Of a stretch of 64,000 nucleotides of DNA, positions 25,640-39,240 are shown piece after piece (the first letter of the stretch is position 1; the number at the start of each line of letters is the position of its first letter). Below the pieces are notes generated by a model. It was not told where the DNA came from. It searched no databases and worked only from the letters and a program-made list of their open reading frames with translations. The position numbers and the translations under genes are program-made. The stretch comes from Octopus sinensis (lineage: Eukaryota). The stretch is taken from positions 42,842,001 through 42,906,000 of the forward strand of contig NC_043003.1 of assembly GCF_006345805.1 (NCBI RefSeq), read 5' to 3'.

Positions 25640-26212
25640 CGTGCGTATGAGTGTACTGTGGTTATGTTGGAAAAAAGAGAAAGCGAGTAGGAAAGAATGA
25701 AAAACAAAACTAGCAATTGAATAAATACAACTAAGCGTTGATGGGCCAGTTGTCTGACTGACTGGCCATAATTCGTAGATAGATGACTAAACAGTTGGTA
25801 TGATGAATAATTATCCAAACAACTGGTGTGTTCGCTTCAAATGAATCTAATCGTCTTGGCATGCTAGTCTTGTAAGGATAAACACATCTTATCCATTGCT
25901 AGTTCCAAAGATGCGTCCTTCCTCTCTTTCTTTCAGTGCATTTCATCTTATTGTGGAGACTGTTAGTAGCATAACGTAGTTGAATGTACGTTTGTAATGT
26001 ATGTGTTCGAACACACATAGATACACACAAATACACCTCCACGCACATACACGCACATATATATATATATGATTATGCGTCAGTAAATAGACACACACAC
26101 ACATGTTTGTATGTATATGTGTATAGAAACGTTTATATAAATATATGTGCATGTATATGTATGTATAAATATATATATGTATATATAAATATATGTATAT
26201 GTGTATATAATA

Positions 26213-26248
<36 letters not shown>

Positions 26249-26272
26249 TGTATGTATATATATCTCTTATAT

Positions 26273-26325
<53 letters not shown>

Positions 26326-26330
26326 TACGT
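25425..26330. repeat. CATA/TG/TA microsatellite tracts
   Basis: Seen directly. Confidence 0.85.
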
Positions 26331-27099
26331 ATATGATATGTACGTATTACGCACACACATACAAACGCATATACATATAGATACATGTATATCTAATTGT
26401 CTGTGTTGTGCGTGTGCATCTGTGTGTGTATGTGTGTGTTTATGTGTTTGAGTGTCTGTGCATATATATTGTGTGTATGTGTGTGTAATTGTAGGTATTT
26501 GAAATTTCAATGACTCAGAGTGACCAGTAGTATAATTCCGGACGAATAATATAGACAAAATGTCCACAGAAAATAGATACTTATACGTATATATATATTA
26601 AAAGTAACACATATATCTAGGCCTGGACATAAAACTATTTGTATTTAGTAGTAAATTAGTAGTGAAATTATATATGCATATAATGACTTCATCAACAGAT
26701 GAACAAAGAGAATTCGTAACTGATCATTACAACTTATATAACAAAAGTTATTGTAAACTGCTAAAATGTAAATTTCAAATTGCATCCGTTTGGTTGTAAA
26801 ACCTAATAATTCAGAATATTTGATAACTCGAATATAGCATTAAAACTGAAATATTACACAGGCGGCAAATTAACAGATTCACCAAAGCGCTCGTTATGAA
26901 TGTCTCATTATTTATATCGATACTTTTTCGCTGGAAGATCAAATCTAAGCAAGGTTAAATTTGCTTTTCAGACACTTGAGGTCGGTCGTGAAAAATGTCC
27001 CTCCAGTTCACCGGGGCAGTGTAAGAAGACCAAATATAAATCTATGTTTCTAGCAGTTATAGAGCAGTAACATTATATTTGTATGTAATGGCATCATTA

Positions 27100-27480
27100 A
27101 CAGGTGAGCAGAAGAGAAAGTACAACTGAAAATTATAGTTTTTATGGCGATGGCTATCGCAAGGTGAACACCTTGCGATAATTTTAACACTTGCGTGAAT
27201 TTTAAATTTTGTCTGTTGATTGTTGAACTGTACATTCAAGAGTGCTTGACCACCCCATTTTTGCATTAAAATCGAAAGTCAATCGAGGTGACAAATTAGG
27301 AAGCTCATCAGAGCTTTCGATTGAATACGCTCGGGTCAATTTTGTCCTTCAAATATTTGAAGTCAACAAAATTGCTTCGACGATCTCCAGTAGCAGCGGA
27401 TTGACGGAACTATACAAGGGGTATTTCTTTGCTATTTGTATATTGAATTTAAACCCCGCTTTGATCTATTTTGGTGACAC
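27100..27480 (-). mobile_element. Highly decayed LINE reverse-transcriptase fragment
   Basis: Minus-strand pieces KAGFK (cf. QAGFR), FVDFKYLKDKIDPSVFNRKL (cf. F.DF.KAFD.V.H..L..KL) and NVQFNNQQTKFKIHASVK/SQG in the expected order. Confidence 0.45.
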
Positions 27481-27934
27481 ACTTAATCCGTCTTCCGGAT
27501 TACTTCTACCACCGAAATAATGAACCAAATACTATCAAACAACTATGAATTGTTGTGACAACCATGCTGAGGCTGTTCCAACATGATTGCAATCCAATTA
27601 GGAAAACAATGTGATAGGATTGTAACGATATAAAACTGCATGTAACATTGCTGAAATTACAAAGAACGTCTCATGTTGCAGATTGGTGAATAATCAACTA
27701 CAGACAAATGGATTACTCTTTAAGGTGAAGAAAAGGCAGATAAATTAAAGATGTCTGAAATTAGTTTTGGATGTTATGACTGAAGAAAACGGATTTACAT
27801 CTCCTTTATTACATACATATTTTTATGCGAGGATGTATGCGTGCGTGTGGGCGGGCATGTGTTTCTTTGTGTATGCGCGCATGTTGTTCCTTGTATATAC
27901 GGTACTGTTTTTCCTTGAGTATGCGCGCACGCGT

Positions 27935-27935
27935 G

Positions 27936-27986
<51 letters not shown>

Positions 27987-28316
27987 TTGTGTGTATATAT
28001 ATATACATATATGTACATACCTACATATATATGTATATGTACAGGACATAAAAAAGTACAGGACATAAAAAATGCTGAGAAACGAGACATGCAACGTAAA
28101 GAATATTCCCCTCGAAAAAGAGTTCATTTTCTATGTTTTTGTTTTTATGTTTTCGTTTCTTATTGTGTTCAATACTTTTTTAATGTCCTGTACCCATGTA
28201 TGCATGTATATATGCATATATATTTAGATATGTACATATATGTATGTATGCATATATTTATATATTATTTATATTATTATATGATCGAACGCCACGCATC
28301 CTTTTCCAAGTAAGTT

Positions 28317-28388
<72 letters not shown>

Positions 28389-28394
28389 ATATAT

Positions 28395-28482
<88 letters not shown>

Positions 28483-28490
28483 TATATATA
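27935..28490. repeat. TA/TG, (TATC)n and (TA)n tracts
   Basis: Seen directly. Confidence 0.85.
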
Positions 28491-29039
28491 TGTTTGTGTG
28501 TATATGTGTATAGAAACGTGTATGAGTGTCTGTATATTTGAGAATTTTCTTGGGTTACACGTAAAGATGCATGTAAAACTATGCATTGCATGCCAAAAGT
28601 AAAAAAGAAACATATATATCCTATAGACCTATTATATATATATCTAGATACGTACGATACATACATACTTAATCATACATTCATATATACATACATATAT
28701 GTTTATATGTGTGTGTGTAAGTACATTCATGAAGGGAGAGGAGAGAGAGAAAGAGAGTGAGAGTGAGTGAGAGAGGGGGGCAAGAGGAAGTCGACATTCA
28801 GTATAGATAGAATAACGATATATAATTCTATTCTCACAGGTAACCAGGCATAAGTTTTTGCTTAGGTTAGAGAACAATATCTGGGCAAATAGCGACGTAA
28901 GTAAAGATTAAAAAAGAAAAGGTGGTGTGGTATGCAATGTTTAACATAAACTAATGCGGCCAGTAGTGTAAGTCTATAAAAGATGCGTGAATGTGAAAAC
29001 GATGTTAATGTTATTTTACATCCACTGCAAGGCAAATTT

Positions 29040-29485
29040 TTAACGCAGCTGTTTGATTGACGGACTAAATTATCTGCGATATTTCTTCTGACTCACTACA
29101 TTCTGAGATCAAAATTTGTCGGGGTTGAGTTTGCCTTTGACCCTTGCTGTTTTGATAAAATAATGTTAATTGAGTACTGGGGGTTGATGCAATCGGTTAA
29201 CCCTTGCCCTCAAAATGGCTGGACTTGTGTCAAAATTAGAAAAATATATTTTATATTCATTTCAATGTGGTGAGCTAGCAAAGCTGCTAGAGCGTCAGAG
29301 AATATGTTTTGTGCTTTTTTTTCCAACTCATTATTTTCTTTTGAGTTTGAATTCCGTCGGTATCAAGTTTGTGTTCATTCCTTTAGGGTCGATAAAATAA
29401 GTGCTACTTGAGCACTAGGATTGATATAATAGACTAAATCACCTCCAATAAAATTACTGGTCTTGAACCAAAATTTGAAACCAAT
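29040..29485 (+). mobile_element. Two old head-to-tail SINE family C copies (~29040-29245, ~29265-29485)
   Basis: Each has TT(C/T)TGAG.T..AA..T..GTCGG, TTTG..TT..A..CCTT, GATAAAATAA and GCACT.GG..TTGAT; tails end CTTGTGTCAAAATTAGAAA and CTTGAACCAAAATTTGAAACCAA. Confidence 0.6.
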
Positions 29486-29541
29486 ATTTTATATTCGTTT
29501 TTTCCTATTCTGCGAATGCTGGTGCAATGGAAGTAGATAAT

Positions 29542-29772
29542 TCTTTTACTTTTTTCAGTCATTTGACTGCGGCCATGCTGAAGCACCGCCTTTAGTCGAG
29601 CAAATCGACCCCAGGACTTATCCTTTGTAAGCCTAGTACTTATTCTATCGATTTCTTTTGCCGAACCGCTAAGTTACGGGGACGGAAACATACCGGCATC
29701 GGTTGTCAAGTGATGTTGGGGGGGGGGGGGAACAAACACAGACATACAAACATACACACACACACACACACA

Positions 29773-29810
<38 letters not shown>

Positions 29811-29958
29811 GACGGGCTTCTTTCAGTTTCCGTCTATCAAATCCTCTCACAAGACTTTGGTCGGTCCGAGGCTATAGTAGAAGACACTTGCCCATTGTGC
29901 TACGCAGTGGGACTGAACCAGCAACCATGTAGTTGGTAAGCAAGCTACTTACCCCACA
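29542..29958 (-). mobile_element. SINE family A, near full length
   Basis: TTTCAGTCATTTGACTGCGGCCATGCTG tail through GCAAGCTACTTACC head, with internal CA/TA repeat. Confidence 0.92.
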
Positions 29959-31144
29959 AACGAATCGCTCTGAGACTCGGCGTTTCTTTGACCTCCACTC
30001 TAAATTTGAACCCAGCACCAGCAGTATTCTGCATCTATGTTGCCATAATTCTTTAAAGTTTCTCTTTCTCTTTTTGTTCGACGCACGAAACGCAGGTATA
30101 TGTGTATGCGCTAAATGAATAGGAATCCACACTTCTGACTACCTCTTTTTTCTTAATGTATAAAATCTGTACACTGCTTCAAACAATCTGTACACGCATA
30201 CACACACACACAAATCCATACGCACTCTAACCTAAACACACACTCATATATACATGTGTATATATATATATATGCATTTGTGGACATGTGTTAGAGTAGA
30301 TATATACATGTGTACATATATACACACGCACATGCACATTTCCTTTTTATTTATATGTACTTTGTTTTTTGCCTTTTCTTTTTATACATTTTAAAACAAA
30401 AATTACAATGCCTACCCACACAACTCATCTTGATTATGAATATTATGTTTTATGCATTTGAAATTAGTTAGGTGCGATGAGATTTGCAAAACTGAGTAGT
30501 CAAAAACAATAAATTTCCATTTTTACGCAAAATATTAAAATAAAGAACACCATTTTAAATTTTATTTTAGGACATTTCTAACAAGAAATTTTAGCGAAGT
30601 AGAAGAACGTGAAAAGAAAACGCAGTAATGTGCAGGTGAGAATGAAGAACAAAGAACATTTTCGAACGCGCTTTCGCGAAATCTTGAAAGAAAAGAAGTA
30701 CTGCCACAGTTAATATAGCCTCCTGGCATGTTTATATAGAGATTGCTTTTTGCTGACGTAAAACATCACTAATTTTCTCTGATTTTGTTTTACTAGTCAG
30801 GAAATTAGTTTGTTTTATAAATTATTCATTTGTTTCATTTTTTTTTTTTTCATTTCTAATGGGAATTGCTATTATTTTAGTTCATCAATTAACCCTTTAA
30901 GACCTGAAATATTACAATATGCAAAAGAAAAAAAAAAAGAGAAAAAAAGTAAAGATAACAAAGCTGTTTCTTGATTTAAAATAGCTCATGCGGTGAATTG
31001 ATAATAACAGCATAATTTAACCGTACACAAAAGCGTACAGGTTGTAGTTAGAATTTTGCAAACAGCATTTCGAAAGTAAACTGTTGGAGGAATTCCAGCC
31101 ACGTTTCGTTGTTCGCTACCTCAACAGCCCTTTATAGGATCCAG

Positions 31145-33490
31145 TTGTTAAAGACATCATCAGGAGGTACCACGCCCGGTTTCGGCCCATACTCCTCTAT
31201 CGTTTTCGACGTGGCGGGTCCCACCCGCCTTCGGAGGTGTCTTCAGCTCTGGTATTAAGTGTGTTTCTTCTTTCTCCTTTTTTCTTTTGTTTTTTGGCTT
31301 CTTCGATGCAGCATCAATGAATGTCAGCGGGAGAATAACCATCCTGCCAAATTACCTTTTAAATACTCACCGGTTGGCTCTAGCAGCCAACACCAGCTAA
31401 CTGTCACGTGACACTGTCTGAGCTTCAACTGACCAATGGATGAAAACGGCGCGTAGTTTTAGCCCGCGGCCTCTCTAAACCTGCCTTCCAACAGTGTCGA
31501 GTTTGTTTCAGTTCTAGCAGCCAGAGCCGATCAGCCGTTCAGTGGTACAATCCTTCGAACCAAGAGAAGGGCGCGCTATGAACGCGATCACATCCTAGTC
31601 CCACCTGTCAATCGGTGATTCTGCGTCAGTGTCAGCCAGCCTCACCTAGCGACGCTATTTCCCAGTCGTCACGTTACGGCTTTCAAGCCATTTGGGGTCT
31701 TCTCGCTACAGCCATATATAGAAGCTGGCTTTGTCGACTACCTCCTGTATCCTGCTTATTATATTTCTCAGCTCTGAGTTCGAAAATGCAAACCTTCTTT
31801 TAAATAACGTTGCCATTTTCCTTTCAATGAAGTCCCTAGCCCCCACTGCCAGGTAGTAATACTCGACAGTCCAGCCCTGTTTTCTGCACTCTTTGATAAG
31901 TTTTTCGTACCTCTTCTCCTTTCGTTTCTCTGCATTGTCGATGTTCTCTTCCCATACCACTGTCAGCTCTAGCAAGATTCCAATTTTCCGTTCTGTGTTC
32001 CATAGGATTAAATCCGGTCTTTTTGCTGTTTTTATGAGTGGAAATATTAACAGTCTTTCCAAATCCGCGACGAGCTCCCACTATCCCTTCCATCTTTCGT
32101 CTGTCTCGTATAGTTTATTGGAAGACCTGGCTTTATGTCCTTTTCCCTCCTTCTGGAAGTATATTCTTCCGCGCTTTTCCACTTTTGGGTACTCTTCCCT
32201 ATTATATCCCTCGATATTCTCCTTGAGTGCTGCGCTTATGACACCAAGGACTTGATTGTGACACCATGTATATCTGTCTAATGCTAGCCTGCAGTTTGAC
32301 AGAACAAGTCTCACCGTCGCTTTCTCTCCGCATCTACATTCGTCAGTTGTTTGTATGTTCCACCGAACTAAATTCATCGGTGAAGTTAAAATGGCGAAGG
32401 TAGACTTGATCAGGAAGTTCCTTCCAAAGTTCCGTCCATGAGATTCTGCAACTGACTACATTTGTCTCCCACCTTCTTCCTCCAGTGTACCACTGCCTCT
32501 TTTATCTCTTTTGGACTGCTCATGCAAAATGGTTTGAAATTGTGCAACCCTAGACCAGCTCTTGCTTCTTGCGTCGCTCCGACTATCTCGGCATGCCTTA
32601 GCTTTCCGATCGCCCTGTTTACTGCCTCTTCCGCTTTCCATCTCTTCCCTCTTCATACTTTTGGAGAGTTTTCACGGATGTTCAGATCTGTCGAATACTT
32701 TGGCGTCATTACTGTCCTTGCCTTTCCTGCCTTATATTCTCCAGCGATTGATGTTATTGGTAGTTGCAGCACGGGTTTTCCATATATTGTAGTTGTATTC
32801 AGTGGTTTTGGAAGACAAAGCCATTTTCTGATAAACACTCTGCATCTTTGTTCCATCATTTCTACTCTACTTGAGGCTATTTCGTACATTTGCAATGGCC
32901 ACATTATCCTTGGGTACAGTCCAAATTGCAGTATCCAACATTTAAATTTCCCCGGTAATGTTATACTGTCAATAGCCTTTAATCCCTGTTCTACTAAATC
33001 GTGTGTTTCTTTGCTTATTATTTAGTAAATCGCTGTGCCATCTGCCGAGACTCTTTACTGGTTGGTCTTTCACCGTTGGTATATCTTCATCTCTTATCCT
33101 GAATTTCACTTCTTTTTGGACTCCTTTCACGAAAACCACGCTTCGAGATTTTTTGGCTTTGAATTTCATTCTCGTCTATCCTATTAGTTTGTCCAACGGC
33201 TCTAACGTTCCATCTGCTGCTTCTCTACTTTCTGATAATGCAGTAACGTCGTTCATAAAAGCCTTTAATGGTGTCTTTGTAACAGATTTCTCACAGTTTG
33301 TTGATCTTAGTAACATCTCCATGAATAGCACAAATCAGATGACTGATATCGTGCATCCAGATGCAATATCTACTTCAAGCTGTTGCCACTCCGTTGTGAA
33401 TTTTCCTGCTGAAATTCTCATCCTCAAGTTATCGTAGTAACACGAGCATTCGTTGGAAATCTTCTGGAATCCAAACAAAGTTCCCATCGG
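31145..33490 (-). mobile_element. 5'-truncated, frameshifted HERO-clade non-LTR retrotransposon (RT, CCHC knuckle, restriction-like endonuclease, ~0.55-kb 3' UTR)
   Basis: RT: YYDNLRMRISAGKFTTEWQQLEVDIASGCTIS, PLKAFMND(D), MKFKAKKSRS, VKSLGRW; WPLQMYEI..RKWLCLP..LQLPITS; CRCGEKATVRLVLSNC..YTWCHNQVL; RPDLILW..LLELTVVWEENI..RK..RY (PD..D/E-type RLE). In-frame stops and frameshifts present. The 3' boundary is approximate. Confidence 0.88.
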
Positions 33491-33729
33491 TATTTAATAG
33501 TGAAATGGGTCTGAATTGCCCTAGTGTTTTTGCATCCTTCTCTTTTATAACTTTGTATAACTTTTCACGTGTTATATTGAAAAGGCATATGAATGAGAAA
33601 TATGAATTCTTGCGATGTGAAATTTAAATTATCACACATCAAATTTTGTGACTTCTCACAAAGTAAAGTATACATTCTTACGGATGAATTTGCTTAACAT
33701 GAATTTGCTTTTCAGTATATATATTTTGA

Positions 33730-33938
33730 AGGCAGCGAGCTGGCAGGAATGTTATAACAGCAGATAAAGTACTTAGCAACATTTCTTCCGGATTTACATT
33801 CTGAGTTGAAATTCTGCTGTGGTCAGCATTACCTTTTATCATATCCGCTTCGATAAGATGATACCAGTTGTGCACTGGGATCGATGTAATCAATACCCAC
33901 CTAAATTTCAGGCCTTGTGCCTATAGTAGAAAGGATTA
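33730..33938 (+). mobile_element. SINE family C, tail variant 3 (diverged full length)
   Basis: GGCAGCGAGCTGGCAG head, TTCTGAGTTGAAATTC B-box, tail GGCCTTGTGCCTATAGTAGAAAGGATTAT. Confidence 0.75.
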
Positions 33939-34869
33939 TATGTATTATGAATAACAATCAAATGAAGTCTGAATGCTGAGCGTTTATGACACATATAACC
34001 ATTTCGTGTTATTATTCAGTTGTCCTTTTTCATTTCAGTGCCAGACACTTAAGAGTCCAGACCAATAATGTTATAGAGCAAGCTAATACAATTAAGTAAA
34101 CCATTGAACATTTGCTATTTTATTTCAAAAAAGATGTTGACTAAATTATTAAAGTTTCAAATATGACAAATGTAGTAATATACTTTCAACAATAATCTAT
34201 GAATTCTAATGCTTCTTTGATTCTTGCTCATAGGATGCATGAACAAACCGTACTGTACAATTACAAGCACAACCAGAGTCTTCGCGCAGAGTATTTCGTA
34301 TTGTTCTAGTTTCAGCAATATTGTCTTAGCCAAACATTATCACAACCAGCCAACAAGACTAAAACAGGTCTTCTTCTGATACTTAACCAAAAGAACCGAT
34401 GATTTCTTTTCATTTGCTCAAGCAGAAATTTGACAAACAAGCATTATTTTCAGTCAATTTAATTCACTGTTTTTAATTTCATTCATTATGTCTAAACCTT
34501 CGACCAAACATAACAATGTATTCAGTGTAAATTAGGAATATAATTAAATTTCAAAATTGCATCAGTTTAGAGGTAAAGAAAATGAGTTTTCTTTAAAGAA
34601 AAAAACTTTGAAATTTGCTAGAGCTCGACTCTCCGGACTGCGAAGCATTGCTATTGAAATAAAATTGCTGATTCCTAAATGTAATAAGGTTAGATAATTG
34701 CTAGGTGAAGCTGAAAGGAGAATATAACAAAAAAAGACATAAAGGCGTATAAAAATCTCTTGAATGTTTGCATTTCCATTGTCGGCATTGAAGGATAAAA
34801 AACAGCCAATGAATGAAATTGTGAAAAGTCAACTACATTGCACAATTGATAGAGAATGATGTCTCTTGA

Positions 34870-35260
34870 TAATGAAGGATGGCCCAGAAAAGGTGGTACA
34901 GGTAGACAGCTTAACTATCATATGAAAAGTGAGTGTTATGGCAGATTCACTTATTAAAATCGGCCAAAACATTTGTTTGCAATTATTGCTGTTGATTATA
35001 TTGATAAATCCAACAAAGTATAATCTACACTATGTATCTGTTGGATCAACAAATGTTTGGTGGCTAATAAAGGCTTCGGGTTTTATTACATGCAAAAAAA
35101 ACAAAAAAACTTTAGCAATATTTTCAGTTATCAGCTCACAAAACTGCATCTATAAACGCGTATGGTGTAATGCAGGCATCATCATACTTAGAGAAAATCC
35201 TTAGAGGCCAAACGTTATAAAATACTTCGACCAAAGGCTATTTCTGCATATTGTAGGCAA
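34870..35260 (+). mobile_element. Possible decayed DDE transposase, Kolobok/Mutator-like type
   Basis: DNEGWPRKGGTGRQLN (cf. DG.W.KR...Y.S), ICWINKC (cf. V.NK.C), AGIII, KSLEAKRYKILRPKAISAY (cf. .S.E.HG.RY..LIGDGDS..Y); many stops. Confidence 0.35.
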
Positions 35261-35489
35261 TAGTTTTAACAAGTGAAGGAAACAACAATGTAATTAAAGA
35301 GAATGAAAAGTAATATAAGAAAATATCTGACGTGATGCGCAACAGTAAAAAGATTGTTACTCAAATGATGTATTCGTTATAGAGAGAGAATTGACAAAGT
35401 GAATTGAAAAAACAAATCGGTATGGAAAAGTCTGAAAGCAATTTGACAGCTGATGCATCAAGATGGATAGCTATGCGTTGCTTCGTTTA

Positions 35490-36300
35490 ATGAACTCGTG
35501 TTTCAATTCTAAACTCTCTAACGTAATAAAGCTAGTCATTCGCAATAACGTACTCCAACACACTTTAAAACTCTCTTGCTCCCATTCTTCTCTTGACCAG
35601 CATTCACAGAACGAGATCCATGGAAGATATACTTTCCAAGTCGCTTACCAGCGGGCTGTCCCTTTTGAGGATTTCGGCAAAAACAATGTTGTTGCTCAAG
35701 ACATCATCAAAGCCTGGAATAGGGTCTGGAATGCAGATCTGCCGTCAAAACATCCTGTGTACAAGTACCGCACATCGCTCATATCTCGGATCAAAACGTT
35801 TCTTTCAGGTTGCATCATCATGGCTTGTGCTGAAGGAGATCTTTTTGTTCTGATCTCAGTTAACAGTAGTGCGGCCCCACCAAATCATGTTTTGACCCAA
35901 TTCTCTTCTTGACCCTATGCTCTTCCTCAATGACCTAACCTTCTAAAGCCATACATAGTCTGTACGCAACTTACATGCCTCGCGATGAACCTGCATTGAT
36001 TCCTTGAACAGAAAACCAAGAATATCTTCTAGTGGGGATTTGCCAAGCTGGTCTCTTTTAACAGCAAAAAACATCAAATACTACTCATATCAAGAAAACA
36101 CCATAGCAATACAAACTTTCTAAATATGAATGGTACTCAGCTAAAGTCTTCACTGGTGCTCAGTGTTCTAAACGTCACTATCACCGAGAATGTTTCCTAG
36201 CGAAAGCACACATTTAACTTTGCTTGCACTGCATCTCCAAAGGTGGTTCTTCTCTTCAGGACCAGAAAATATTTCAAGTGAAAAGCGTTTACGTTCTCTT
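35490..36300 (+). mobile_element. Decayed CR1/Jockey-like LINE RT
   Basis: DFGKNNVVAQDIIKAWNRVW (cf. FG..F.VALDISKAFDRVW), SRIKTFLSG, LFLNDL, WGFAKLVSFNSKKHQILLISRK, MNGTQL, KHTFNFACTASPKVVLLFRTRKYF. Confidence 0.8.
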
Positions 36301-36984
36301 TTCTCCCTCTGTTTTCTCTCACCGCAATAATAGACTTTGGCAAGTGTACTGCTTCCTTTAGTCAAGATTCCCCATTCGTTTCTCATTTCTTGTGGCTTTT
36401 GGATCCAAATCCACAGGTCCTACACTAAAAGATATTCCCCATTCATTCCTCCCGAAAAAAAAAAAATAGCATTCTTGAAGTTCATTCAAACTCATATATA
36501 ATCTGCATAATTATTTTCAGTCGTAGAGGGCTTGCGAATGTCACAAGCACTGTCACATCCTCCAAACTGTGTAAATAAAATCTTATTCCAGTCTTGGCTG
36601 GAATAGGATTTTGCTGTACTGTCACATTAAGATTAAGATTTTATTCTACCCATTACCTGTTGCTCGTTGCTGAACACTTTGTATGCAAAAGTAAACCATA
36701 TTAAATTACATTATCTTGAAAAGACAAACCAAATCATTAGAGAATATTGGTTTAAATATAGATAGGTGTATTGTTCATATGTAGTTATATCTCTCATTCC
36801 ATCACAGCGACAGATACAGTCAATACACTACTGGTTAAAAGTGTTGCAAACGAAAGTATTTTGTAGCAGCGGAGAAGTCTAGACTTAAATAGAGATAAGT
36901 GGGGAAGCTTAGACATGTAGATGTCGTGCGATTCTGGAGACCAGTTATAAAACTGAATGCATTTGCTAAATGCGTGTAAGTCAC

Positions 36985-37318
36985 GTATGTATGTATGTAT
37001 GTATGTATGTATGTATGTATGTATGTATGTATGTATGTCTATATGTATGTATGTATGTATGTATCTATGTATGTATGTATGTATGTATGTATGTATGTAT
37101 GTATGTATATATGTATGTATGTATGTATGTATGTCTATAAGTATGTATGTATGTATGTATGTATGTATGTATGCATGTATGTATGTATGTATGTATGTAT
37201 GTATGTATGTATGTATGCATGTATGTATGTATGTATGTATATATGTAGGTAGGTAGGTAGATAGTTAGGTAGGTAGGTTTGCATGTATAAATGTATATTT
37301 GTACGAACGTATGTCCGC

Positions 37319-37363
<45 letters not shown>

Positions 37364-37402
37364 CCTGCCTGTATATATGTACATGTATTTGCATGTTTGC
37401 AT

Positions 37403-37487
<85 letters not shown>
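36985..37487. repeat. (TATG)n, (TAGG)n, (TA)n, (TG)n tracts
   Basis: Seen directly. Confidence 0.95.
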
Positions 37488-37488
<1 letters not shown>

Positions 37489-37490
37489 TA

Positions 37491-37604
37491 TTGTATTTCG
37501 GGATCGTCACATTTTCTTTTTGCCAAATTAACACACGCACTATATATTCGTTCTTCACTCGTTTATTACTGTTCTTATTCTGACTTATGTCCATTGTCTG
37601 GAAA
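37491..37604 (-). mobile_element. 5'-truncated copy of the short element at 40009-40158, lacking the hammerhead-like core
   Basis: About 95% identical to 40009-40123. Homology stops at CATTGTCTGGAAA, 4 nt upstream (in sense) of the predicted cleavage site of the 40.1-kb motif. Confidence 0.8.
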
Positions 37605-37853
37605 AGTGTATGTGTGTGTGTGTGTGTGTGCATAGGCGTAGTTGTGTGTATGAACGTGTATGCGGGTTTGTGTGCGTATGTGAGTACATTTATATATACA
37701 TAATATATATAACATATATGCAGAGACAGGCGAGAGTGAAAGAGAGTACAGAAATAGATAGAAACACATTCACACATGCAGACTCACACTCACAAGGAAT
37801 GAAACAGATTGATAGATTGCTAAATAGATAAATATACAGTTAAAAGCAAAGTT

Positions 37854-37899
<46 letters not shown>

Positions 37900-37935
37900 G
37901 TATATGCATATATATAAGTATATGTATATGTATGC

Positions 37936-37972
<37 letters not shown>

Positions 37973-38194
37973 AGTATATATGAATATATGCATATATATA
38001 CATATATATGTATGTATATAAGCATATAAATATATATAAACACACACACAAACACACTGGGACAGATGGACATCTCTAAGCATCACAATGACATTGCTAC
38101 ATGGCAGGTGTGTGTTTAGTGTTTGGGTAATTTAATCAATTTACTATTTAGGTGGTATCTGGTGTAAGAAAAATACGAAGGGTAAATAATTGTC

Positions 38195-38251
<57 letters not shown>

Positions 38252-39120
38252 GGATAGGTATTTGTTTTGTGAGCATTTAGTGAAGATAAGTAAGGGAGGC
38301 GTTTAAGAAAGTTCACTTCACTTTAGCGAAAATACCAAGAAACTATTGTATAATTTGACGTGTAAGTAGAGTCTGAAAATTGGGTGTGGTAGCTAGTATT
38401 GTTGAATTGGATAATAACCTTAGATAAAGGTGTACCCTTCGTTGTAGGTAATAATTACTCTTATACTTAAGGGGACACCCAAGCAAACATGTCTGCTTGT
38501 ATATACGTATTTATGTATGTTTGGCTAGTTGGTTGACTGAATATGTGTGTGTATACGCACACACATGTACATAATACGTATTCACGCAATAACAAACTCG
38601 TATACACACACATATGCGTACATACTCATGCACATGCATATCTATATACATAAGAATATATGCATATATGTGTAGGTTTCAATGAATGTATACAAGTACA
38701 TATCTATCCATCCATCTATCTATCTATCTATCTACCTATCTATCTATCTATCTATCATCTATCTATGTGCATATAAACCCATATATACCTATATGTACAT
38801 CACAACATTCACATACACATACATATTCATTTACATATATGTGCATTCGTGGTAACATACATATGTACATAAACATACATCATTGGTATAATATTACATT
38901 CAAGTGTTGTTAGCATTGATAGAATTCAAGTGAAGATTGTATGGGAGTTCTTGAAGTTTCTTTTATCTTAAGTGAAGCTTTATGCAGTAGTGTTAGGGTT
39001 GGTTGTAGTGAATAGTGATGAGACGAAGCCAGCGGCTATTTGCTAGACTCTGATACATACATACACGCATGTACACTCACATGATACACACACATACACA
39101 ACACACCTACACCCACATAA

Positions 39121-39129
39121 TAGACAGAC

Positions 39130-39228
<99 letters not shown>

Positions 39229-39240
39229 CAGACAGATAGA
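39121..39240. repeat. (GATA/GACA)n
   Basis: Seen directly. Confidence 0.95.

Noticed and set aside
30571-30635. Exon-like segment with TTTTAG acceptor and CAG/GTGAGA donor
   Set aside because: Stops in all three frames and no partner exons; such signals occur by chance in 64 kb. A non-coding exon cannot be excluded without RNA-seq.
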